Positions 25,901-37,900 of a stretch of DNA of 64,000 nt are shown here, piece by piece. Where the stretch lies: positions 2,914,001-2,978,000 of the forward strand of contig OZ281500.1 in the NCBI GenBank assembly GCA_965637545.1. Direction: 5' to 3'. The notes under the pieces are model-generated. The model did no database searches, was not told the origin of the DNA, and saw only the letters and a program-made list of their open reading frames with translations. Every line of letters starts with the position of its first letter. Positions within the stretch are counted from its first letter, which is position 1. This stretch comes from Phallusia mammillata. Taxonomy: Eukaryota. The position numbers and the translations under genes are program-made.

Positions 25901-28900
25901 TTCCCTATAAGGGGCTAGTGTCAGCGCTAATATTTACTAGAATAAAAACATGTTTAGTTAGGTTTTAGTAAGGAGATTAATACAGGTTTAACGGCTTTTC
26001 CTTTGTCTTTCTTTGCAACACTAGTTATTAATTGCTGTTAATGTTAATTGGATTCTATTTGAATAAGTGGATTCTATTTGAATAAGTGGATTCTATTTGA
26101 ATAAGTGGATTCTATTTGAATAAGACTTCTTGAAACATCTCTGTCGCTGGAAACCAAAATAAACCAACAGTGTAGTCAACGGATTATACAAGTGGTGTTT
26201 TCTGGAGTTTATCTCCAAGGAATCTTGATGCAGCAGTTTGAACTATAAACTTAGTGAGACTCCTAGCGCAAACCTATTGCGTTGTTAATTCGTGAGAGTA
26301 GCATCACCAGTCCTTGAAAACCGCGCAAGAACTCCCGCAGAACCGAACTCATTTTTTTGTATTAAAGCCCGAAATAAGCCGAAACCGAACAAAATTACGA
26401 CATGTATATAGTGCCATGTGGTGGTGAATGCTTGGTGACCGACTGGTTCGGTATGACGTCTTTAATAGGCCTGGAGTAGCCTACTGCGATTTATTTGTGA
26501 GTGTGCTGTGATCGCTGGTCTGCATAGACGCTTAAGGGCTGATCCCAGTGTTGAATATGTGTTCATCTTAACTAAGCTATACCAGGTTGCTCCCACCAAG
26601 CACTCACAGTAATTATATCGACAAGCACGTTGTCTGCACATGGCCAGTAATATACAAACATTGTGTACGTTTGAGACCTAAGTCGTTTAGGGCTAGTTTT
26701 AAAAACTACAAGAAAAGATTTTTATCAATACTTATATGTTTGTACTTGTAGTTTTAAATAAATATAGATTTTTTTGCACCATGTCCACATTTTAACTTCG
26801 AAAAGTAATTATAGCCTACACGTCACTTTTATGTACTTTCTCATCTGCAAGTTGACTAATGGCAAGTTAACTGTCTTTTATTTTGATTTCATCAAGGATC
26901 TTAGGAGCTTTGCGGTATCAGAAGCCTCGTCTCATCCTCATCCACGGAGACTGCGCTCCATCCGGGGAGTACTGGGAGCGATTGATGAAGCAGGGAGGAG
27001 AGAAGATTCGTCTCGTTCGGAGGACTCCACCAGAAATAATATGGAGTATCCCCATCAAGGTATGTTATATAGCCGGGCTACTCAATTAGGTTTGTCATAG
27101 ATCCAGATACAAAAAGGTCAAAATCAACGAGGTCCGGACACATCTGTCAGTCGTAGTCAATTTTGGTTGTAACTAATCGTGGTCCAACATAAACACAATT
27201 GTGAAAGCCGCATGTATGTCAGCAAAACAAACGCTTGTATCAGACACTAAACTGTAATTTACTCTTTGCAAAAGTATGGCACAACATACAAAACACATTT
27301 TATCTAGTTTTGTAGGAACACTTTGGCAATGATTCAAAATTAAGTTTATTACGTCACAGATAAAATTATGGGCAAACAATGGCCGTTTTGTTAATTTTTT
27401 GGTGAAATAATGAACCATTTTTTCGTCACAGTTTCACAATCTGACCTCACTTAAGATCTTTGAAAGCTTTAGCTGTCGTAATTCCCCCCAAAAATCTGTT
27501 TTTTTTTCAATTAGGCCAAGAGCAAATTGAAATTCAATGTAAGTGAAACTCAAATATATGATCTCTGTATTCAAAAGTCTTATAACCTTGTTTGTTTTTT
27601 TTGATTTTGTTTTTTAGTTTGCAACCACTACCCACAGTTAGACTCCAGCTATCAGTTTTGAAAAACACTTTATATCACTGGTGAAACCTTCCACTTAATA
27701 AGCTGACAGTTTGTATACACACATGTTTGTCCAGGTCATTGAACACCGAGCAGACGTGGCGAGACTTCAACTTATGCTAGAGGTCGGAGGGATTTACTTG
27801 GACACCGACAGCGCAATTTTACGCAATGTTGACGAACTCCGCAACTATTCAATGCTCTTGAGTGAATCCAACTATAACTCGCTCGGTTAGAATCATTTAC
27901 TTTTTATTAACTGTGTTTTTAGTTGTTTGGCGAATCGTAACTTGTAGAAACTCTTTTTAACTTGTTGTTAGCCGAACCTGTTTTTAATGCATACAGTTAA
28001 ATAAAAAGTAAAAGTGAAGCAAATCTAAAATAGCAAAAAAAAACTTGTTGTCCAGTCTGTGCATTCTTGACCTTCTTGATAAAATATCTGTTGATTTGAG
28101 CCAAAGCGACCATAGCGTAAATTTAGTTCATTTTTCTTTGAAGTAATTTTACAATTTATATTTTTACTGGAACAATTCCTTCTTGTGAGGAAATGACAAA
28201 TGGATTTATAAAGTGTTTTTCAGCCTTTTTTGTGCCAAAAACAGAAATCAAGCAATATGTAGGCTGTAATCGTTGCCTCGAAAGTGTATTGTAACTTGGC
28301 CTAAAGCCATATCGATCTAAAAAGTAATAAGATTTTTTATGATTTATAAAAACATCAAAATCATTTGGTTAAAGAATATGATTTGGCTATATTATCCTAA
28401 TCATTACTGAGGGCAATAAGAACCCCTTGCAACTTTCTATTAAAATTTAGAAACTTGTCTTTGTTTTCTTATTCACAGCAAATGGAATTATCTTCGCCAA
28501 CAGAAAAGCTTGGTTTCTGCGACGATGGTATCACGAATACAGATACTTCAAAGATGCTGCGTAAGTTTTTACCGTTGGATTGTGTGTAAATATGCGGGGG
28601 CTCGCGCGGTATTCAAGACGTTCAAACTGCTGCCTCATATTCCTTAGAAATAAACTCCAGAAAACACCACTTGTATAATCTGATCTTCCGAAGATAATTC
28701 TGCGTAGCTGGCTAAAATAGTATCCACTGTGGCGACAACTGGGTGTTTCCCCAAACTGCGTTAATCAGTCACACGTAACCGAACCGCACAATACGTCACG
28801 TGCCTTTTTCCATTTGCAAGGTGTCTTATTTTGTTCTTTCTGTCTTGTGTTCTTTTTTTCTTTTTTTTTTATTACGATAACAAGTAAAATGAGAAAGAAT

Positions 28901-31900
28901 ACGAACAAGACAAGAAATACGCCAAGTCAGGTACGCGACAATCAAAGGCCGGACCACTTACGTAAAAAATCAGGGCGTTTGTTGGTTTTAATTGCAAGTA
29001 GAAACTCCGAGTGTTTTAGCGTTTTTAGGGAATAAATAAATCTTTGCAAAGTTGGTTTGCTTTGCGCGTATTTGCTCTGAAAAATAACATATCGCGCACA
29101 CAGAAGGATGCAGTTCAGTAACAGTTCTTGGTCATCAGTTCCAAATAAACATAAAATTGCACGAGGTCTAACATCAATTAACAGTTTGCTCGAAATCCAC
29201 GCAGTAACATTTTCCCAATACTTTGCAGTTACAGTGCATGAGTAAAAAAGATGTAAAAGGGTTTCTGGAGAATCTTTACAGAAAACGCACTGTTGTGAGG
29301 GTACTATGCCAACTGTATATAATTTATCATTAGTTATGATGGCTCTTAAATTCAATTTCATTTGAAAGGCTCTTAATTTTGTTTCTATCGTACAAATATA
29401 GTTATTAATGTATATGTGTTCCCAGTTTGGTATATTCGTTCCCGTATCCAAATCCCTTTCCCATATTTCTTGTTGGTGGAGAGGTGATTCTGTGGTGTAA
29501 TCTGTTACGTGTAGGTAGGCTTGTTTTACCTCGCTAAGTTTGGTGATTGTGTTTAACCAAAATGGGGTCTTTTGAACGTTTTCTTGGCTGGCATGTTTGT
29601 CTAGTTCATCCCAATTCGCTGGGATGGCAGAAACCAGTCTAATAAATTCAATGAATCCGTGATTGGTTGGTGTGAAGTTAAATCTTAATGCGAGGTCGTC
29701 GTAAGTCATATAGTGGCCTTCTTTGTTAATTAGATCGTAGTAACTAAGTAAACCGGCGCGAATAAGAGTTGGGATGTAGAACGCATTGGAGCGATATTTA
29801 ATTTCTTTGTTGAGCCAAAGGGGCCTAGAGATGTTTGTGGGTAACCTAGTTAGTTTAGCAAAAAGTTTGCAATCGGACACTGCTTTTCGTAGCGTGCGAA
29901 GTGGTATTGATTTTATGTAAGCTTTTGAGGTGGGCGAAATGTTACTGCTTAACCATGAGTTGAATACTCTTGAATTGGCAAGTGAGGTTTCGATGGTTTT
30001 CCAGGGAGACGTATACGAATCATCAAACAGCCGGCTGACCCATTTAACACCGAGTGACACTAAGTACGCGTCGAGGTCCAGCATATTAATGCCTCCAGCC
30101 TCAATTTTTCCACATAACTTAGTGCGCTTGACCTTTTCCCACTTTGAGTTCCAGATAAACTTGAACATTGTCCTTTTGAGGTCTTTTAGAAATGCACTTG
30201 GCAGAGCGATAGGCACGACATTAACTTTGTAGGTCAGGGTGGGAATAGCCAAACTTTTCAGTATGCATACCCGTCCGATCAAGGTAAGTCCCCTAGAGGA
30301 CCAAATATTTAGTATTGTTTTGGTTTTTTTAATAATACCAGTAAAATTTAAGTCGAAAAGTTCTTTTGGCGACCCGTTGACAGGAAATTCGATTCCGAGA
30401 TAACGAAATGACGTCTCTGGCCATGTTAGGCCTTTATCTAGGTAAGGTTTAATCTGCGATGATCTTTTGGACCCAATGTAGAACGCTAACGATTTTTTGA
30501 TGTTTATTTTACAGCCCGACATAAAGCCAAACTCATTAAGAATCGCAAAGGCTCGATCAAAATTGTTTGGTTCCCCTTTAAAAAAAACCAGCGTATCGTC
30601 TGCCAGGAGCGACACTTTAAAGTCATTGCCCAATAAATGAATTCCTACTTCGTCATCTTTTCGCATCGCAGCCGCTAGGCATTCAATGGCAAGTACAAAT
30701 AAAGTTGGAGATAAAGGGTCTCCCTGCCTTACCCCCCTTTTGATACTAATTTGCCGTGACAAAAAATTATTGTTAATTATGGTGCTTGTGGGATTCGAGT
30801 AACAGCATTGTACCCAATGCAGAACATTATTTCCGAAACCAAATGTTTTTAATGCGGCGTAAATGAACCTCCACTCGATTGTATCAAAAGCTTTGTACAT
30901 ATCTAGAGACAGTATAGCCCCTGGATATTGTTGATTATCAGCAAGGTCAATCACATCGAACAGTAAACGAATATTATCCCCGATGAACCTCCCTTTAATG
31001 AACCCGTTCTGGTCTCGGTTGACGAGGTGATCCAGGTTGGATTTTATGCGGTTGTTTATGACTTTGGACACGATTTTATAGTCAGCGTTTAACAGTGTTA
31101 TGGGTCTATAATTGGTGATGAGCTGTTTGTCTTTATTGGGTTTAGGTATGAGGGTCACCACTCCTTGGCACTGCGTTGGACTAAAGTGTCCTACTTGCGC
31201 GGAATAAGTCCATGCATCCTTAAACATGTCCTTAAGGTCATTCCAAAATGTTTCATAGAACTCGACAGGGTATCCGTCTGGGCCCGGCGATTTATTTCGG
31301 GGCATAGATTTAAGTGATGCGTATAACTCGTTTTCGGAAATCGGCAACTCACTATTTTCAAACTGAGATTGATTTAACGTTGGCAAATTAAGTTTTAAAA
31401 GGCGTGATGTCACCTCTGATGTTGCATAATGAGAATCAGGCTGTTGGTAAAGATGTTCAAAAAATTTTACCAACTCATCTAAGATCACCTTTTGGTCTAA
31501 GCAAGCGTTATTGTCTATTTTCAATTGATCGATCGATTTTTTCAACGCATGGCGTTTTTCCAGGTTTAAAAAATACTTCGTATTTCTTTCGCCTTTTTCT
31601 GCCCACTTCGCTCGACTTCTTACCATCGCACCCTTTGTTTGGGCCTCTATTAGAATGTCCAATTCAATTTTTAATTTGGTTAGTTTTTCTATTAACTCAG
31701 GGTTACCTTGGGTTATTTCCTGCTCCAGTTTTTCTATTTCGCTCTCCAACTTCCGCTGTTTAGCAGAGTTTTTTCGTTTGACTTTTATGCTGTATTTTAT
31801 GGTTTCTCCACGAATTACGGCTTTTAAAGCATCCCACCGAATATGCGGATTTGTGTCACATTGAGCGTTGTTTATCTTATAATCCTGAATTGTTTTTTGG

Positions 31901-34900
31901 ATGATGGAAATAAACCTCTTATCCGATAGTAAATTTGTGTTTAATTTCCAATACCCTTTACCTCTAACAGTTTGTGAGAATTTAAGAGAGAATGATACGA
32001 TCTTATGGTCTGATTTTACCCCCTGTACAATATCGGCAGATGTTACTTTGTTATTTAGGTATTCCGAAAGCAGGAATAAATCGATGCGGGTAGCTACCAA
32101 AGGGTTAAGTTGTACTCGCGAAAATCTTTTGGTGGTCGGATGCATCTTACGAAAAACGTCGCATAAATTAAAACTTTCCATATGTGAGAGAATACTGTTT
32201 CGTGAATTACGATTGGGATTAGGGGGCCCTTGGCTTTTGTCTAAATTATCCTGCAGCGTTACATTAAAGTCACCGCCTATGATGAGATTTGAGTGATCCT
32301 CCTCGCCTACTTTCGCAAAAAGCGTGTCGAAAAAAACTGGGTCATCGTTGTTTGGCGCGTATAGATTGCAAAGTTTCAATTCGCGGTTGTTATATTCGAG
32401 GTCGATGAAAACGTACCTCCCTTCGGGTTCTACTTCTACGACTTTGGGTGAGTGCAAAAAGTTTTTTGTGAGCAGGATTGCCACACCTTTACTGCGGGTA
32501 GAGCCATGTGCCCAAACTATTTTGTTACCCCATTCTAATTCCCATAATTTTTCCTCATTAATTGAACAATGCGTTTCCTGGAGAAACATGATATGAAATG
32601 CCTTCCTTTTAAGAAAGTGAAATATAGTTTTCCGTTTTTTATGATTTCTTATACCCCCCACATTAAAAGAGGCAACATTTAATACAGACATCACCGAAAG
32701 AGAAAATTAAAAAAGCAAAAAACAACAACAAACTATTGATATTTCTGAACACCTTCTTCTATATCCCACTCATACTCAAACCCACAATTACAATTATAAG
32801 GTTGACTAGGTTCAATGTTGACAGCGGTTTTTTTCCCACAACTGCAGTGGACTAATTTTTTTCTACAGGCGGGATTTGAACATTCTTTGCTCATAGCTAT
32901 CTTAGGAAGAGCGTTAACTGTATTACATTCACAAGTAATGGCATACCTTTGGCATCGGATGCATTCGAACAAGTTTCCGTCCATTATGTATTCTGGTTGC
33001 ATTTCGTTACAGCATGGCATCAGCCTCATTGGTGCTTGACATTTTGGACATTTTGTTTCTGTTTCGAATTGTGGCAAAAGGAACAAGGTTGCCTCATCGC
33101 AACAAGCCTTAGCCACTATATATTCTTTTTTGCATTTACAGCAGAAGAAATTCCTGCAGTCTGGGTCCACTAGGCTTCCAGTATTGCAGCTTGGGCACTT
33201 TACTGGGATTGTGTATTCGCATAGACTACGAGATTTACTTTCCGGAAAATCTGTTGGGCTATTACGTGGTCGTTTGCGAGCCACTGTCGGGGCAATAATT
33301 GCCGAGATCTCCTGTTTTTCTTGGTTGATTTGTTCAACCTCATGTAATGCCTCTGGGACAGGGTCACTATCATACTGGAGGCGTTGAGTCGTCACCTCCT
33401 TATCTGAGATCTGGGTTTGCAAGCGTGACCCAGTTTCCTTATCTTGCGGCGCTGCTTGGGTTTTGTTTTGTTGCTGCCTGTTTTCTAACAAAGGAAAATC
33501 TTCCTTTCTTTTTGCACAAGCAGACTGTTTGTGGCCTGTTTCTCCACAGTATTTACAGGTAATTGCTTGACCGTGATATGTTACATAAAATTCACAACCA
33601 TGTACCCGGATGTAGCTGGGTATGGGGTTTTTTTCTAGATCAACTTTGTTCATGGTAAGTATCCTCATACCGGAAAAAAAGTCCTTCTTTGTCTTTTCTA
33701 TGTACTATTTTATTTACTTTGCCATAGTGCTCCACGGTTACGGGACCCATCCTACGCCTACATTAATCGTATCGCTTTCATACAGCCTTGAGTTTTGAAC
33801 ATACGATACCTCCAATAATTTCCTGTGCAGGTCCAAAACGTTTTCTCTTGTTGTGCAGGTTACATCCACAAGAGTGCCCTTCATTTCAGCTATTCCTACG
33901 ATTTTTCTTAAAGGGAAATTGATTTCCTTCATTAGGTTCCATAATTCTTCTCTTTTAAGCTGTTTCGTAGCTTTAAAACTCAAGCAGTTTGGCCTTTTTA
34001 GTGCACTCACCGCACTGTCGGTTGCCGCCTGCGCATAACTTGGCTTTTTGCTCATACCTCCTTCCTTCATGAGCGCCAGACACGTCTCTGTCTTGTGTTC
34101 TTTCGATATTTGAACTCGCTGCAAATAAACAGCGCTACAGTGGTGACCCCGTAACCTGAGAACGAATTTCTCAGGATGGAAGAGCATGCAGTATCTTTAA
34201 AGTTGCCGACATTTTCGCAACCGCGTGTTTGGTTTAATCAAGTAGAAGCACAGTTTGCTTTGCGGAAGATAATCGACGATAAAACAAAGTTTTATTACGT
34301 GGTTTCTGCATTGGATCAAAACACAGCACAACGTCTAATTGATTTGTTGGAACATCCGCCTGCAGAAGGAAAATATGAAGCGCTTAAGCAGCAAGTGTTG
34401 GACACATATTTTCTTTCAAAGCAAGAGAGAACCGCTCGTCTTTTAAATTTGCCTGATTTAGAGGACCGAAAACCTTCAGCCCTAATGGATGAAATGCTGG
34501 CTTTATTAGGCGATCACAAGCCGTGTTTCCTTTTTGAGCATCTATTTTTACAACAAATGCCAGAAGACATCAGAATTATTTTGGCAAAAGAGGACATCGA
34601 CGACCTTCGAAGTTTCGCCAAGAGAGCAGATGTTTTATGGCAAGCAAGGCGCGACCCAAATTTTATTGTTTCAAAAGTGCAGAGTCAAAGCAACAAGTCT
34701 TCTCTTGATCCACATGGAGAAGGCCTTTGTTTTTTTCATCAGCGCTTTGGGCCCAAGGCACGTCGTTGCCGCCGACCATGTATTTGTCAGGGAAACGAGC
34801 CAGCCGGCCGCCCAGATTGGATGCGACAAATCCTGGTCTTTTTGGCAGATTCCGATTTTTCTGTTAGTTTTCTTTTCTTGTCATCAACTTTGGCACCATC

Positions 34901-37900
34901 TTAGGGTTTTTTGTCTTTAGAAGCTTTATTTTCAAAATCAGCTATTAAGTCTGGACAGTCTAAGTTGTCATCTGGTTCCCATGTATTGTCCGAGTCCGAA
35001 AATCCTTTCCATTTGATGAGGTATTGGATTTTTCCCTTGACAATTTTTTTTGTCCACAACCCTTTCGACCTCATATTCATCTCCTTCTTGCTCCAAATCA
35101 TTTTCTACTTCAGGTTCAGAATCCTTCTTCTTACCCATGGTATTCAAACTAAAATCGATTACACAAGTTGATCCAGATTGGCTGCGACGGCCGGCAGGCA
35201 AAACCGACTCTTTTTCGTGTCAGACCGCAACACAGGAGCCAACTTCTTAATCGACAGTGGTGCTGAAGTAAGTGTGCTACCTGCAACTGGACGGGATCGT
35301 CGCTCAAACAGACCTGGTGTTTCACTTAAAGCAGCCAATGGAACTATTATACGTACGTACGGCTTCAAAGTTTTAACTTTGCATCTTTCCATTGGTAGAT
35401 TTGCTTAGAAATTTGTAATAGCCGATGTATCTCGGCCCCTGCTGGGCATCGATTTTTTGCATGCAAATGGGTTGCTTGTCGACTTCAAGCGACATCGACT
35501 GTGGCATGCAAATTCTGCAGATAATGTGAGTTCTTCTAAGATAGCGAATTCAGCGCGTGACATAATGTCATTTGCAGCACAACCAACTTACACCAAATTG
35601 CTTTCAGAATTTCCCAATCTGACTAAAAGCAGCTTTTCTGACTCACAATCCAAGCATCAGGTAGAGCACTTTATTATCACACATGGGCCGCCAGTCCATG
35701 CTAGGGCAAGGCGTCTGCATGCTAGGGCAAGGCGAAAGACGCACTTGCAAATGCTACGCTACTTAACCACCCAGGGCTCGAGGCAAAAACCGCTTTAACC
35801 GTGGACGCTTCCCAGTTTGCTGTTGGCGCAGTTTTGGAGCAACAAATCGACAGTCAATGGAGACCTTTGGCGTTTTTTAGCAAATGCCTACGGCCTGCTG
35901 AGCTTAAGTACAGCACCTTTGACCGCGAACTGTTGGCATTGTATTTGGCTGTCCGCCATTTTAAATATTTTTTGGAAGGAAGATCTTTCACTGTACACGG
36001 ACCATAAACCACTCACATTTGCCATTAATAAACGTGGTCAGCACGTCAGCAACGACACCTTTCATACATTTCAGAGTTTACCACTGATATTAAACATATC
36101 GACGGTAAAAACAACCATGTTGCTGATGCACTCTCCAGGTCCTTGCTCGCAAGTGTTTCTGACTGTGTTAATTTTGATTACAAGTTATTGGCACCAGCCC
36201 AGCAAGAACCTCATGACGAGATGCAAGCTTACCGCACCTCTATTACTAAGCTGAAGTTCAAAGATATTGCTTACGACCACGAAGGAACTATTATTCTCTG
36301 TGATATTTCTGGCAGGAATCCTCGACCATTAGTTCCTCATGCTTGGCGAAAACGCGTTTTTCATGCAATCCACGGACTGTCACACCCCTCCATGCAGGCT
36401 ACAAGCAACTTAGTTGCATCAAAGTTTGTGTGGCATGGAATGCGAAGAGATGTTAGTACATGGGCGAAGCAATGCTTGTCGTGTCAAAAGGCGAAAATTC
36501 AGCAACACATTCGCGCTCCATTGGCTGAATATCCACCCACAGCGACACGTTTCAGTCACTTGAATATTGATATAGTAGGACCGCTGCCGCAATCACAAGG
36601 ATATACCTATCTCCTTACAATTGTCGACCGTGTTACTCGATGGCCAGAAGCCATACCGATGAAGGATCAAAGGACAATGACATGTGCTAGAGCCTTCATT
36701 AGCAACTCGATTGCCCGATTTGGCATTCCAGCAGATATTTCATCAGATCGTGGGGCGCAATTCACTTCAGAACTGTGGTCAATGATGAATCAGCTTTTAG
36801 GCATTAAGCTTCATAAAACCACATCTTTCCACCCCCAAGCAAACGGCCTGGTGGAACGATTCCATAGACACTTAAAAAGTGCTCTCATGAGCAGTTCAAA
36901 TTGGCTTGATGAGTTGCCTTGGGTACTTCTAGGAATTAGAACCATACCTAAAGAAGATTTACAAGCATCGTCCGCTCAGCTTGTATATGGTGCGCCGATA
37001 CGCATACCGGGAGACATCGCTCCACTGAAGAATCCTTCTTTGGATTTAGCAACACTTCTCCCCACTCTAGAAGACACCATTTTAAAGCAGGCTCCGGTCC
37101 GTATGTCCCGCCATGGTTTAAAAAAGTCAGGTATTCCAGCTAATTTGTCCAGCTATTTCCAGCTAATTTGACACAACAAAGTTTGTGTTTATCAGGAAAG
37201 ATTCCCATCGACTGCCATTAACGCCGCCATATGAGGGTCCCTACAGAGTCATTGAGACCGGCGCGAAGTCTTTCATAGTGGATTTGGGTGGGCGACCACA
37301 AACCGTTTCGGTTGACAGACTCAAGCCAGCACTGTTATAAGTATACCAGACAGAACCAAATTCAAATTATAATAAATAATAAGGATAGAAAGAATAACCT
37401 TTATCTATATTAACCGTTATGGTACAGCCAAACATTGACCATGTGAAAAGCACACGTAAAAGAGATCCCAGTGAAAGTGCGGCTGTGTGAGCCGGAGCGC
37501 CAGCGCGCGAGCTCGAGTTTTATGTCTGTGTGGACGTCACTGCGCCAGCGGGGCAGCTCGTGGGCGTACGCTAAGCTCGCGAGAAATCCTGTGTGGATCT
37601 ATCCTAAGGCTCACACAGCCGCACTTTCACTGGGATCTCTTTTACATGTGCTTTTCACATGGTCAATGTTTGGCTGTACCATATCAGCTAATATAGATAA
37701 AGTTTATTCTTTCTATCCTTATTATTTATTATAATTTGAATTTAGTTCAGTCTGGTATACTTATAACAGTGATTAAGGAAGTTTCCTTTGGCAAAATCAA
37801 CATGTGTTTTGCTACCAATAAACATAGTTCAAAAATGCTCCAATTTGTTTTATTTGCAAGAGTTATAAACCATAACATCATGAAATAAGCAAACTTGGTA

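Larger units (their letters stand above)
25163..26339 (+). mobile_element. Solo LTR (1177 bp), probably Gypsy-type, carrying a ~62-bp tandem array and four spliced-leader copies
   Basis: TGTAGCGG...CCCGCA termini flanked by the exact 4-bp direct repeat GAAC (25159-62 and 26340-43). Its 3' end is homologous to an inverted LTR-end fragment at 28593-28727. Confidence 0.72.
28856..34086 (-). mobile_element. Full-length L1/Tx1-like LINE (5.2 kb) inserted antisense in the Gypsy 5' LTR
   Basis: 17-bp TSD TCTGTCTTGTGTTCTTT at 28839-55 and 34087-103. AATAAA plus poly(A) lies at ~28856-28875 on -. 16-nt 5' UTR, ORF1 ATG at 34070. Confidence 0.93.
28728..37330 (+). mobile_element. CsRn1-like Ty3/Gypsy element, RT-deleted and 3'-truncated, hosting a LINE and an HP1 retro-fragment
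   Basis: The 5' LTR is split as 28728-28855 + 34104-34139 (TGTGGCG...CGCTACA). PBS TGGTGACCCCG at 34141 is tRNA-Trp-like. Gag 34176-~34810 has a CHCC motif ([18 protein letters not shown]); protease LIDSGAEVS, RNase H (DASQFAVG) and IN 36143-37171 follow. It ends at VSVDRLKPA with no 3' LTR. Confidence 0.88.

Noticed and set aside
25890-25920. Helitron 3' end (short hairpin + CTAG)
   Set aside because: The stem is only ~4 bp, and the region is better explained as the interior of a TSD-bounded solo LTR.
26049-26124. CRISPR array or SL RNA gene cluster
   Set aside because: The spacers are an invariant 3 nt, there are no cas genes and the context is eukaryotic. No GT donor or Sm site follows the SL copies.
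26500-26560. snoRNA or ribozyme in the GTGATCGCTGGTCTGCAT...GGGCTGATCCCAG repeat (also ~48650-48710)
   Set aside because: No convincing C/D boxes or ribozyme core; treated as an unclassified dispersed repeat.
34901-35101. Chromovirus-type integrase chromodomain
   Set aside because: It is antisense, lies at the gag-pro junction rather than the IN C-terminus, has an HP1-type N-terminus and hinge, and has its own TSD.
35140-35160. Relict SL at the 5' end of the HP1 fragment (ATTTTAGTTTGAATACC on -)
   Set aside because: Only ~12/16 with a gap in AT-rich sequence, and not at the fragment's extremity.
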